Of a DNA stretch of 64,000 nucleotides, positions 14,093 to 27,100 are shown in pieces. The translations under genes and the position numbers were made by a program. The notes under the pieces were generated by a model. The model was not told the DNA's origin. It was given only the letters and a program-made list of their open reading frames with translations, and ran no database searches. Numbering within the stretch: position 1 is the stretch's first letter; the number at the start of each line of letters is the position of its first letter. Origin of the DNA: Octopus vulgaris (Eukaryota); the NCBI GenBank assembly GCA_951406725.2, contig OX597821.1:68696001-68760000 (forward strand), written 5' to 3'.

Positions 14093-14469
14093 CTGAATGT
14101 TAAAACCAGTGCAAAGTGTGAGATGCTTATTTTCAGATTTAATTCACTCAGAAATATGACTTATAGAAACAACAGGCGATGTTGTAGTCCACATGTATTT
14201 TATTTTGTTCACCTTATATCTAAATAACTTTGTCCTAAACTGCCTCAGTGAAAATGTTTAAGGGAAAAGAAACCTGCAGATTCCATAAACCATGTGTCAA
14301 TTCTTCACAAACAAAATGTATATAAAAAGCCTGTCTCATGACACTCCATGCATTGTTATTTACTACTGACCAACAATTCTTTAATGCAGTCTTTGCATAC
14401 AACAGTCTTACAGATATAGAGTTGGCTACCTATAAAAATAATATGTACATGGAAACATAGCTATGTGTC

Positions 14470-14698
14470 TAATAAACATATATTTAGACCCGTTATGAAA
14501 TGAGACCCTGTGGATTTGTATTATTATGTAAATGTGTTCACAATCTTCTCTACATAGCTACATCACTTTTAACCTCTTGGCAAATGTTGAAACAAAATGA
14601 AACTATTTCAGTTCAATCCCCATCCCAAGCTGTCAAAAATCCTAGTGACTTAAACCACGGGGCCTAATTTCACAGTGAGTCTAAATATATGTTTATTA
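14470..14698. repeat. Inverted repeat (MITE-like, about 48-bp arms)
   Basis: taataaacatatatttagac at 14470 and gtctaaatatatgtttatta ending 14698, with imperfect pairing continuing inward. Confidence 0.75.
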
Positions 14699-15418
14699 AG
14701 CTTATCAATTTACTAAATTATTAAACATATTCATACCCACACTGTAATGGTACTCTAGTAATTAAAAGTATAAGTTGTTTATAGGTATTTATTCCTCTTA
14801 TTACCATAGTTACTGATGAGTAAGATTCTCACAGTTGTAATCAGCCAAGTGCAGAGGTAACAAACCAAAATACTTGTAAAATAAAGGGAAAAAATGAAAG
14901 CAAGAATGATCTATCGATTCAGTCTAACTTATTTGAGTGGCATTCAAACAATGAACATTATACTTGCATTTGGGATGAAGCCTTGATACTAGAAAGTAGG
15001 GAAAGATAAATCAACCAGTTGGTTGAGGACCAACAAATAATCTAGGGAATTAGAATCATGTCTAAAAATGCATTTATTTTTTTATATATGATTGTGTGTA
15101 TATTATTGAAGATGCGGTTAAGATCAAATCTAATCCTTTTATTGAAGAGGCTTTATATTTATTAGTCTTTATGCTTACTTTAGAACCAATAATGTTCTTA
15201 AGTTAATTAGTGTTTCCCGACTTCAACCTCATCACAGTAGTAGTAGGCAGCAAAGGATTGGGAGATTAATGTTGTAACTAATAAAAATCACCTTGATAAT
15301 CCAGATGAGGGGTCCAAGAAGATCTTGAAGTGAACTAAACATGAAAGACCAATAAGGAAATACAAAATATCTTTAATAAAAAAGATGACTTCACTACAAC
15401 AAATTTGAATGAAAAGAG

Positions 15419-15419
<1 letters not shown>

Positions 15420-15470
<51 letters not shown>

Positions 15471-15492
15471 CATATATATATATATATATATA
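15420..15492. repeat. (TA)n microsatellite, representative of many (TA)n/(CA)n tracts
   Basis: Direct reading. Others at 553-575, 1233-1300, 6328-6410, 6535-6610, 23864-23923 and (CATA)n at 38158-38200. Confidence 0.95.
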
Positions 15493-15945
15493 GTTTAGAA
15501 ATTCATGACTTCTTCATGATAAAAGCAGCAAAAAGGTCTGTACAGCTCCTTTCATAATACTAGTCAAAATTCAGCAAATCAACTCCAATTATTTTAACCT
15601 GAAAATTCAAAACTTTGTCATGTGTAGGGCTTTATGAAAAAAATGCTGAGAATGAGTAAGAAAAGGTTTAATGTTAAGAATATAAACCTCTGTTCATTCA
15701 GATGTCAACTTAAACGTATCCCCAAATTCTACTAGATTTTTCTCATTTTAATAAGACTTCAACCTTTCTTTTGGAGTTGAGATAGTACTGTAAGAATTGA
15801 AATTACCTCTCAAAGATGCTGTAATGTCCTTGGGTATGGAACTAGTTGTAACTCTTGCTCAGCTCCAAGTCAGCCATGATCACATAGATTTATGATCAAA
15901 GGAAATCTGGTAATGACTGTCCTGTCCTTTCTTTTTATACACAGA

Positions 15946-16454
15946 CTAGCAGTATCGCCCGGCGTTGCTCGGGTTTGTAAGGGAAATAACTATATAAGCA
16001 TTTTTAGAGAGTTACTTCCCTTATAGATGCCAATTCGAGCTTTCTTAGCCATTTCTGTTTTGGTGTCTTCAAGCCATGAAGTCGTTCTAAAAGAACGCTG
16101 GTCTCCTTGACAACGCTTTACGACGTTGATTTCCTTACACTCCCTTCCCCACAGCTTCACGAGGGAGGGAAGAAGGGGAGAAGCAAACAGGTGCAGGTGT
16201 GACCATGGACGCCAACTCCGCCACCATCGACACACGAAAAATTATGCATTAAAATGGAATAAAAAATGATGTTAAATTATTTTTAAAATCATAGACTCAT
16301 CGTAGACGCGCGCTAATACTCAGACGGGCTCGATATGAATCACGACTATAAGATACCCGAATTTGGTTAAACTGCACCGCAAAATGTGGGAGTAGTTAGG
16401 AATCTAAATCGAAGGGGACAGACCCTCACACAACTACAGTTTTATATATATAGA
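15946..16454 (-). mobile_element. Non-autonomous Helitron
   Basis: Minus strand starts A|TCTATATATATAAAA and ends with a GC-rich hairpin (15957-15974) then CTAG|T. Inserted at an AT site with no TSD; CpG-rich relative to flanks. Confidence 0.85.
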
Positions 16455-17525
16455 TATCAGATACTATCATCCAATGTGCTATTCCTTTTTTATGATTTCA
16501 AGGAAATCTGGCTGCTATTTTTTGCAAACCACATAAAGTCTCCCCCCGCAGACCCATGGATAATATTTGCTTGTGAGAAGAGTATCATAACAAAATAGAT
16601 TAGAAATACAATAGATTAGAATGGCCAAAAGCCTCTCCCATAAACTGTAATAAAAAATAAAAAAAATAAGGGGGAGGGGGTCAAAACAGAAAACAGGGAA
16701 AAATGAAAATATTCCTACATTAACAATCAAGCCAAGACCCTATTCGCATCAGTTATTTTTTATTCGTTCTCATATAGATTAGCTAAACCTAGTTCCTAAC
16801 AAGTACACATGTTAGGTACCCAATCTCTAATTCGAATCACAGCCTGAAATTCAAAAGTTAACATATGCTGAGTAATCTAGCTTGAAATATATACATAAAA
16901 TTATGTGACAGTGGGAACTATTAATGTTACATTGAAGAAGAATTCTATTATATACACTTACACCAACCTCATCCCACTGTACACACACACACACACACAC
17001 AGCTTGATAGTGTCAAGTGTTATTTTAAGTAGCTAAATTATAGTGAATCTATCTGACAATAACAGAATTAAAAATAGTTTAGCACATCACAACAAATCTG
17101 CTACAGGTAATAAGCTAGTCATACAAAGAGAGAGAGAGAGGCTGAGATGTTCGTTATTACACAGCTACAGATGTTTTACAGTTTTTGCTTGTTTGTTTCA
17201 TTGGTTAGTCGGGGGTGGTGCTACCAGTTCACAAAAATAAACTATAGTTTCCAAAGAAATGTTCTATTTCACTGAAACTGAAATTTATTTTAGTGAAATA
17301 TTCAAGTTTTTGGCAATATCCTGAATAAGAAGATATAAGGCTTTCAACTGGAAAAGGAAAAGATTAGTTAAAACTATAGAAATCATTCTTCCCATTGAAA
17401 CATGTTTCAAAGCAAAAAAAAAAATTTTGATGGCATATGACACTTTTTTTTTTTTTTTTTTTTTTTTTGGTAACAGAAAAAAAACGTCTCAATCAAAAAC
17501 CCCTACCCTAAAGCCTATGAAAGTC

Positions 17526-17567
17526 AGGGACAAAATTAGCTTATGGGAATAAGCTAATTTTGTCCCT
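17526..17567. repeat. Perfect 19-bp inverted repeat, 4-nt loop
   Basis: agggacaaaattagcttat-ggga-ataagctaattttgtccct. Confidence 0.9.
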
Positions 17568-18779
17568 AATGCTCACTATTAGGTGCTAATTTTAATCTAG
17601 ACAGTATCTTCTACCAAGCCTGAACCCATAGTAATATTTACTTAAACATTATTACTATTACTAGTACAATAATAAAATGTATTCTCTGGGGTTCTTTTCT
17701 TGCATATTTTATTACTATAATCATGAAGGGTGAAAATGCATGGCCTAGTGGTTAGGGTGTTATACTCATGATCACTAGATTGTGGGTTTAATTCTAGAAC
17801 TGGGTAATATGTTGTGCTTGAGAGTAAAACACTTCATGTCATGTTGCTTTGTAGGTGAGAGTGTGGCAGAATAGTTGACATATTATCAGAAATGCTTTAC
17901 CAGATATCTTCCAGCTCTCTACCTTCTGAGTTCAAATCCCACCTGCCTCATGAAGGTAATGGGAAGCACCTTGGGTATTCATCCCAAGTCTCTCATCATG
18001 GTAACCAAAGTTTCAGTAATCTAGTTCATACCTTCCCATGTCATATAAACAGTGAAGAAGGTTCACATACACAGGACCAGCCCCTGTGGCAGACCATTGT
18101 CAGACTAGAATCACAAAGGATATTTTCACTATCACAATTTCTTGCTTTGTGTTGAACTGTACTATTAATTCTTTTATATACAGCAATGTTTTCGGCAATA
18201 GCTAAGATACGTTTATAACAGCTAGATTACTTTAAATATTACATGCCTTAAAGCACTAAAATATGTTTTCTTCTTGAATATGCACTGCTCCAATCAAGGT
18301 GCATCTAATATGCCCTTGTGTCTTTTATGCCATCAAACAAGGTACACAAAATGATTTTAGAAGCACTCAAAACAAACCTCCCTGTTAACATTTAAATAAA
18401 TAACGTCATCATACAAATCAGCCATGATTGCTAACAAATAACCTTGCAACTAGTTCTAGTGTGGCCTATAGTTTTTTTGGGTTTTTTTTTTCAATCGTTT
18501 TTGTTTTTAATCTGGTTGATTAAAACTAATTTTTAACTGTAAGCTGTAATTTTTAATTCACCAATAAGACTTAGTGTTATACCGAAATCCAACAGATGAA
18601 ATATTCCAAAGATGTTTTCCTTCTGTATTTCAGTTATAATATAATCCTTATATTAAACATGACTATGATTGAGTGGTTAAGAAGCTTGTTTAGCAGCCAA
18701 ATGGCTCCAGGTTCAATCCTACTGTATGGCGCTTAGGATGTCTTCTAAGTAAACAGAAATTGTGAGTACATATATGTAT

Positions 18780-19140
18780 CATCATTTTAATGTCTACTTT
18801 TCCATGCTTGCATAGGTGAGGCAGAGTTTATTGAAGCAGATTTCCTATGGTTGGATGCCCTTCCTGTCACCAACCCTCATCTGCTTCCAAGCAAGGCAAT
18901 ATTTTCCCATGGCCAGATGTTTGTGCAGAATATTGGAAATGAATGACAATCATTTACAACAACCACACGATGTCAAGACAAAGAGAGACAATCACAAACA
19001 CACATATACAACAGGCTTCTTTCAATTTCCATTTACCTGGGTCTGTAGTCAAAGACACTTGCCTAAGGTACCATGCAGTGGGACTGAACCTGCAAACATG
19101 TGACTGAGAAAGAAACTTCATAACCACACAGCCATGCCTG
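18780..19140 (-). mobile_element. SINE family C (family-A head plus family-B-like tail)
   Basis: Representative copy. Others at about 20340-20745, 21800-22150, 25100-25790, 28830-29220, 40720-41105, 43480-43790, 45975-46380, 48920-49115, 53335-53770 and 58625-59050. Confidence 0.8.
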
Positions 19141-19454
19141 GAATGCATTTATATTACAGGTAACACCAATGTATCAGGTTGCGTCCCTTAATGACAAAAA
19201 TAGTAACCTAGCAATTTGATAGAGATAAACAGAGATTGATAAAATAAGAACCACTGAGATCAATATGACTGGTAAAATCCTTCAAGTGAAATTAAAGATT
19301 ATATATATACTCAATCTGTTCACTTCAAATATTAATCTGCATTATATAAACCTAAAGCTCAGCTATCAATACCATGGTATATTAATACCCACTACCTATC
19401 CTGCTCTGAATAATCTATTTACTAGCTAGCCACCCTTTGCTTTCTATTTCCATT

Positions 19455-19780
19455 AAACCTGTGTCGGTGGCACATAAAAAACACCATCCGAGCGTGGCCG
19501 TCTGCCAGCCTCGTCTGGCACCTGTGTCGGTGGCACATAAAAAAACACCATCCGAGCGTGGCCGTCTGCCAGCCTTGTCTGGCACCTGTGTTGGTGGCAC
19601 ATAAAATCACCCACTACACTCTCGGAGTGGTTGGCGTTAGGAAGGGCATCCAGCTGTAGAAACACTGCCAGATCTGACTGGCCTGGTGCAGCCTTTGGGC
19701 TTGCCAGACCCCAGTTGAACCGTCCAACCCATGCTAGCATGGAAAGCGGACATTAAACGATGATGATGATGATGATGATT
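19455..19780 (+). mobile_element. Retroposon family B with internal about 62-bp tandem unit and (GAT)n tail (RTE-like 3' end)
   Basis: gtggttggcgttaggaagggcatccagctgtagaaa ... ttaaacgatgatgat. Other copies at 1-250, 35100-35343, 41680-41940, 46400-46530 (+) and 34730-34915, 54593-54945, 57535-57790, 59261-59330 (-). Confidence 0.85.
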
Positions 19781-21365
19781 ATCAATCTCAATGTTCTGCA
19801 ACAGTTGAAATACAAGAGAATTTTATAGCATGTGTTATCTAAAGTTTAATGTCTCCAGGGAAGATACACTGACTGATAAAATAACAAAGTTAGCTCAGCA
19901 ATAAAAAGGTTTCAATATTCATTTTTTTCTTATCAAGCACAATTCCAAATTTGACAGAAAAAGGATACAGTCAACTGGATCACAACCTCAATGTTGCTGC
20001 CTCATATTTTATCAATCACAAAGCAATAAAAGAAAAGCAACAAAATCAATATTTAGGGAATATGAAACTAAATACTGAATCCTTTTAGTTTAGCAGTCTA
20101 CAATCTTGACTATCCTCACTGCTCTAATAAATTGGCCAACAGCACAGATTTATTACAATATAACAGCCTAGAATCAATATAGCAGTATAAGCATAATAGT
20201 ATAGTATAATACAAATGTTTCAGATATGAAGCCTTAATAACATAATATACATATGATCCTAAAACTGAAGAACAAGGAGGTTTCTATTCCAGATAATTTC
20301 ATCCTCTTAAAGTGGAAAGCAAAAACCTACAAGTTCAAGACATCTTTGTTTTAATGTCTATTTTGTATGCTAGCATGGGTTGGACAGAATTTGTTGAAAT
20401 GGATTTTCTAAGGGTGGATGTCTTTTCTCTCACTAACCCGCATCTGTTTCCAAGTGAAGTAGTATTTCCCTCATGACCAGACATGTTTTCATGGAATATT
20501 GGAAATGGAGGACACCACTTGGATGATAGTGAACTTTGCTCACAACTATCACACAATATCATGGCAGGAGACAGTGACAGACATATGATGGCCTTCTTTC
20601 AGCTTCTGTCTACCAAATCTACTCTCAAGGCTTTGGTCAGCTTGGAGTTGTAGTAGAAGACATTTGCCGAAGATGCCACACAGTAGGACTGAACTCAAAA
20701 TTATGTTGTTGGGAAGCAAGCGCCTTAACCACACAACCATGCATGCACTGATCAATTATTCTAAATGGGTTTTCTCAGTGCCACATAAAGTCTCACAGAG
20801 AACACAAGAAGCTCAACCCTTATCTAAATTTGAAATAAACTGGAGTTAAGTGGGCTGTACAACCAGGAGGCCAAGTTTCCAACTAATCAAAATGCTTATT
20901 TCTGAATAGCGCAAAACATGTTTCATGATTTTGTCTACATCCTCACACTTCCATACAGGCTTCAATTTAAAACAACCTCAAGACAAAAATTACTGACATC
21001 ACTAATATATATTGGATTTGTGCCACAGTTTTAAATGCAAGCAAGCACTGAAGGTGGTAGAGTCTGTAATAGATTCTTGTATACTATGGTAATTAGTCAT
21101 GATGTGTGTATGTGTTTATGCAGGCAGAGCACTGCTGGCATTTAGTGTATTAACTTCAACTGCCAAAATATAGCAGACAATGGCAGACTGACTGACAGAC
21201 AGACTAAGATTACACAACTCTCAAACTATTTCTTCCTTCTATTCAGACAGATACCAATAAGAATAGCCAGCAAACTTCTACTGCTAAAAGATCATGGTAA
21301 ACCAATTGGTTAGATACAAACTAAATAAAATATCTGTCAAAAAAAAAATTAAATACAATACTAAC

Positions 21366-21466
21366 CGTGGTGAATTAACAGGGCTGCCACTAGCTACCAA
21401 ACCACCGCACGGCTGCTCACTGCCAGCACTGAAATTCCTACAAGAAGCGAGCTTTGTTTCGAGTGC
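21366..21466 (-). CDS. nudE: nudE coding exon (C-terminal helix end; phase 0 to 2)
   Basis: tttttacaacag|GCA...CCA CG|gttagt, 101 bp. Encodes ALETKLASCRNFSAGSEQPCGGLVASGSPVNSP(R), compared with NDEL1 ALESKLAACRNF. Confidence 0.94.
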
Positions 21467-22203
21467 CTGTTGTAAAAAGAAAAGAAAAATCGCATAAGAA
21501 ACATATACGCTCTCACACAGAAATGAAAATTCATTATGTTTCTGCTTTTCAAAGAGTAATAACACTGTTGTAAATGAAATAGTTCCAACATATGTTTCAA
21601 ATTGGCTTGCCAAATTAGAGTGCCCATACCACAGTCCCCATGATAAGCCCAACAGTAATAAACTTCTTTTTTCTTTGGTTAAAAGGGTAAAAGGACAAGG
21701 AGACATTCCATTCCAATAAGATAAAAATGTTTCTGTATTCACCACAAGGGCAACAGATGAGAGGACATTACATAGATCGTTATTATCATTGGTTTTAGCA
21801 TCCACTTTTCCATGTTTGCATGAGTCAGGTGGAATTCATTAAGGCAGATTTTCTATGGCTAGATGCTCATCCTACATTCATGTAAGGTAATATTTTCCCT
21901 TGGCCAGACATGTTTTCACAGAAGACCAGAAATGAATGACATCACTTGTATGACAGCAACACTTGCTTATAACCATCATATAATATGGCAAGAGAGACAC
22001 ACACACACAGGGATTTTTTCATTTTCCTTTTACTAAATCCACTCACAAGGCTTTAGTCAGCCTAGGGTTATAGAAGACATTTGCCTACTTGTGACATAGT
22101 AGGACTACCTTGTAGTAGGAAAACAAATCATTTAACCACACAGCCATACCAGAAGACATTAAAAAAAGTTATTGTAAATAATAATGATGATGATAATAAT
22201 AAT

Positions 22204-22680
22204 AGCCCTGATACAGTATTAGTCAGTGGCTCTCATGGCTTTTCATCTTAACTGTTTTGTCTTGGTATGAAAGATGGGCTACACTAAATATTCTGCTCAA
22301 TACCACAGAGTTGCTTGTCAGTTGTTTGACCTAACCAGTTGAGCATGGTCATTTAGTAGCTGACAATATGTGCATTTCTGATCACGAGCAGTGGACAAGC
22401 ATCAATTCACCTCTGGAAACATGGGCATTTTGTTTATCCTCCTTAAACCACCCTTATTCAGGAACCTTTTGAGCAGGATGGGCTACTTGACCTGAAGAAA
22501 ATTCTTACTGGGCCCCTACCCGCAAAGTCATGTGCTATTTATCATGATATAAGATTGTGTCACATACATATGGTTATGATGCATGTGCATGGTGTACCAT
22601 TATCAGATAGGTAGTCATGATGAGCTTTGTATATTTGTATCCCAGTATAACTTTGATGGCATGCATTGCTCTCTCACTCA
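22204..22680. mobile_element. Interspersed repeat inserted in (TAA)n
   Basis: About 480-bp GC-richer block flanked on both sides by aataataat runs; family not identified. Confidence 0.4.
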
Positions 22681-22802
22681 ATAATAATATAAAAATTATT
22701 AATTAACCAAGAACAAGAATGACAGCAGTGTAAATTACACTAAATACTTCAGTGTATTTAATTTTGATACTCTACATTCAGAGCTAACTTAGGCCTTCAT
22801 AG

Positions 22803-23020
22803 GGTGGTGAACTGGCAGAATTGTTAGCATACTGGGCAAAATGCTTAGCAGTGTTTCGTCTGTCTTTATGTTCTGAGTTCAAATTCCACCTAGATTGACT
22901 TTGCCTTTCATCCTTTCAGGGTCAATTAAATAAGAACCAGTTACGCACTGGGGTCAATGTAATCGACTTAATCCCTTTGTCTGTCCCCTCTGTTTTGCCT
23001 CCTGTGGGCAATAAAGAAAT
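22803..23020 (+). mobile_element. tRNA-derived SINE family E (central domain resembling the Meta/Sauria-type core)
   Basis: ggtggtgaactggcagaattgttagc...gagttcaaattcc...gactttgcctttcatcctttcaggggtc. Minus copies at about 26390-26600, 31360-31570 and 56288-56510 (the last nested in a family A SINE). Confidence 0.8.
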
Positions 23021-23861
23021 AACTTAGCCCTTCATATTTCTAGGGTTTATGGAGTATGGACCAAGTAATATACTGGCATGCATTTTACCAACTATCTCAA
23101 GGTTTAGCCTTGTTTGGTCAAAAAATAAACAAACATTTGTGACAGCAAGATATACATGGAAGCAGTTAATAGGTCAATTACTAAAGTTTTCTTTACAATA
23201 AAGGACATTTGCAAACACTATTAATACCCTTCAATTGTTGGTAGTTCTTTGATGAATTAGTTTTACTCTAGCCTTCAACTCTTTGATGAATTAGTTTTTC
23301 TCTAGCCTTTAACTCTCTAGCATTCAAACTAGCCATATCAGACCTAAATAATCTATTTTGTATTCAGACTGACCAGATCAGGCCCCCTCGCAACTACCTG
23401 CAATATTCTTCTAAACATAAACAAATGCATCATTGAAATCTCAAAGCTTAAGGGATAATATATGATTAATTCAAAATAATGTGAATAAATAAGTTATATA
23501 TTTGGCAGACTTACCTGAATACTAAAGGGTTAATCTTCTATAAAACTAATTATTTTAATGCAACATTTAAAATTATACAATCTATAGACCCTACGAGGCA
23601 GTTTGGGAACATTTCTAGCATTTAAAATAAAAACACCACAATGATTAAATGAGTCAGGGAAGACTGCCTAAATTTTCAGACCATCATGTCTACCTGTTTA
23701 AAGTAAAGAAAAAGGACAGATGGCTTGTATTGATTTCTTGATGTTGAGAGGTGGAACAATAAATAATTGCAAATTTGTTTCAGTGAACCTCATGTACAAA
23801 TTCCACCACCAGACCACAAAATATTTCATTCATTAAATTATATAAATTTGGTGCAAAACAC

Positions 23862-23919
<58 letters not shown>

Positions 23920-24008
23920 TATATTTGTTTTTATGTTCAATTAGAATAAAAACAATTTTACATTAATCTGATGGGTTACTCTATAATTTTATAGAGTACA
24001 AATTTATC

Positions 24009-24119
24009 ATTCTTAAACAAGAATGTTGTTGACAATAACTTCGAAGTTTCAGCTAATTAAGCCATCATCAAACTGTCAGAACTTCAAAGTCACTATCAAC
24101 AACATTCTTGTATAAGAAT
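24009..24119. repeat. Inverted repeat, about 40-bp arms with about 30-nt loop
   Basis: attcttaaacaagaatgttgttgacaataacttcgaagtt versus aacttcaaagtcactatcaacaacattcttgtataagaat. Confidence 0.8.
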
Positions 24120-27100
24120 ATAAATACACACACACAAAAACATTTGTGTGGGGGGTAGGGATCAGTTGAGCTGCTATAGAATTGCAGTACCGTCTATCCT
24201 GCAGCTTATGCTGAAATTAAATTAATTCCATCGCAATTTCGACTTTGGAAATCTACATATAAGTAAAACAGGTGCTTGCATGAAGCATAGGGTAACTCAG
24301 TGCTACACACTCTAGTACCAACAGCTATGAAAAACAAATCCACTCTATCTTGGAGAAGGGAAAGATCACAGCAGCAGCAGCAACTGTGCATTTTAGATTT
24401 TCTAGAAGCTGATTAAACATCTATTTATACAAATCAAAATACCACAACTTTTCTTCACAGGTGAGGCCACAACTGATACCTATACTTCACCATCACCTTC
24501 TCATTTTGATTTAAGCTGATAAAAGATTAAACAGAATGAGAGAGGCTTACATCAATAACATTTAGAGCCTAGGAAAAGTATCTCTTTTGTCATTCTTAGT
24601 TAGCTAGGATGAAATATGAATGTGCATATATGTGTTATTTCTAGTCTGATCAGATGGTTCAGACTTCAGATCAAAACGGTTCCAGTTCTGTTCATCTTGT
24701 CTTTTTTTCAGACAATGTCCTAAGACTGAACAATTCAATGTCTTTTGTCACATTCAGTGCCAACCATAGTGGAATTTAAAATGTTACACATTTACTACTA
24801 CTTTATGTGATGAGCTGTTTAAGAATTGTCTTTTCAATTGTATTTCCTACATCTTTATGCATTAAAAACCCATTTCAGATATTTTTACAACTCCCCTAAA
24901 TGATGACCACCAACAGAGCTGAGTCTTTAAGTTTACCCATCACAGATGTAACCTTTTTCTCCTCCCATCCATTAATACATACAGTTGTTAATAACTAAAC
25001 ATAAAACTGGATAATAGAATGTAGAATAAGGCATATTACCAAATGTGTGCGCATGAAAGAAAGAAAGAATGTGATAACAAGAGAATCAAAGTTCATCATT
25101 CATTTATCATTTTAACCAAATACATTTTCATGTTTGCATGAGTCAGATAAAATTTATTTTTCTATTGAGTTTGATTTTCATGGATAGATGTCCTTCTTGT
25201 CACCAACCCTTACTGATTTCCAAGTAAGGTAATATTTCCCCATGACCAGACATGTTTTTGCAGAATATTGGAAGTCAATGATACTGCTTGTATAACAGTG
25301 ACAATCATTCACAACTCTCACAGATGTCAAAACAAGGAAATAAAAGGGTAAAGACCCCATTCGGTCATGAAGGACTATGGGATTGTACCTAGAAAGTTAC
25401 CCTCTGAGGCACAAGTTCAGGTAAGGTTGTTTACGGAAAACCAGCATTTGCCTATGCATACCAACCTCCCCTCTCTCCACACCACCAATGTCATCCAAAG
25501 GAAGGCCAACACAATTTGGCACCAGTGACGTCACAACTAATTTCTACAGCTGAATGAACTGGAACAACATGAAATAAAGTGTCTTCCTCAAGAACACAAC
25601 ATGGAGCCCAGTCCAGGAATTGAGACAGGATTCTTTCAGTTTCTATCAACCAAATCCACTCACATGGCTTTGTTTAGCCTAGAGTTTATAGTAGATTACA
25701 CTTATGACATGTCAAAGATGCCACAGGGGAACCCAAAACCATATGGTTAAAAAGCAAGCTTCTTAACAACACAACCATGCCTGTCCCTTCTCACGTTTCA
25801 TACCAGTTACTTCAGTAGCAAATGTTTGCTACTGGATGCTTGATGAATACTCAGATATAATTACATTCATAAGTCAGCAGCATGAAACCTCCAAGCAGGA
25901 GTTAAATATTCTAGCTGCCAGACATTTACAAGACTACATACTTCAACAAGAAATATATAGAAACTCTTTCTCTCTCTAAGCATGTATCACACACACACAA
26001 ATTAACTGAAAAAGGCTCTGAACACTTCAAACAACAATTCTTTGTAATTCTGTATAAAGACCAAGATGAATGAAGACATTCAAAGGATGTTTCTTTTGTT
26101 TTTACAACACCAATATTTCATCTGACAGATCTTTCATACTTTCCGTGTTCATAATTATAATTAATCCAAATCCAGAGATGTTGATAATACTAAAACAAAT
26201 ATTTATTTCAGTTCCTATAAACACATTTATTGGGGAGCAAGGGGTCATGTAGTGCATGGAGTTTCAAAAAAGAAATTAAAAAAATATATTTTTCCATTCA
26301 TAAAATTTTGATGATTTCTTTTAATAACCCTATTCTATTTTATTATATACTATCACTATTTTTTTTTTAATATCTTAATAATCATTTCTTACATAGGCAC
26401 ATGGCATTGGAGTGAGGGAAGAGAAATGGTCAGTTACGTCATCTCCAGAATTTGTCTAGTACTTATTTTTTTAAATCCTATAGGATGAGAGGCAAAGTCG
26501 GTCTCCAAGAGATTTAGAACTCAGAATATAATGGACCATAACTAAATGCTGCAAGACATTTTGTCCAGTGCTCTAATGATGCTACAAATCCTCCACCCTC
26601 CTCTTAATAAGGAAAGCCAGAGTGGAATTAATCTCAAAATTACACAAGTTTGGTCTTTTCGGCACTGATTCAAGTTCTCATTTTCGCTTCTTGTTATCAA
26701 ATACTTATAGACATTACTGTTATTCAACTCATTAGGAAGCAGAAACAATGGAAGCAGAACAGAATATTTATAAAAGGAAAAAAGAAATAGCTTCAAATAG
26801 CTTATCTTATCTCATCACAGATAAAGTGTTGTGCCTTTTGGGTGCTAAACTTTGCTTGCCTTAATATCTTCCCATTTCATGTGCTACCTCATTAGCTGAT
26901 AACATGGTGCATGGTAGAATGGCAATAATAATGATACAGCACTACTTACACTAGTTAGCTGTTGTTGTTTAGCTCCAAGGCTAGTGAAGTATTCTGGCTA
27001 TAGCCATCCTATCTTTTTACTAGGCAGTGTAGACAGGACTGCATTATCCAATTTGACCTCACATTTTTTTTTAAAAACAGAGTGCAGTTTTGAGAGGTGT

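Noticed and set aside
19455-19605. Repeated about 62-bp units resembling a CRISPR array
   Set aside because: Units are wholly repeated with no unique spacers, sit inside a multi-copy retroposon, and the DNA is eukaryotic with no cas genes.
21284-21805. 173-aa minus ORF as a standalone gene
   Set aside because: Only 21366-21466 is NudE-like and bounded by splice sites; the rest is open intronic sequence.
24186-24262. Possible cassette exon between exons 28002 and 21466 (similar island near 27610-27655)
   Set aside because: In-frame stop in the required phase, weak splice sites and no homology.
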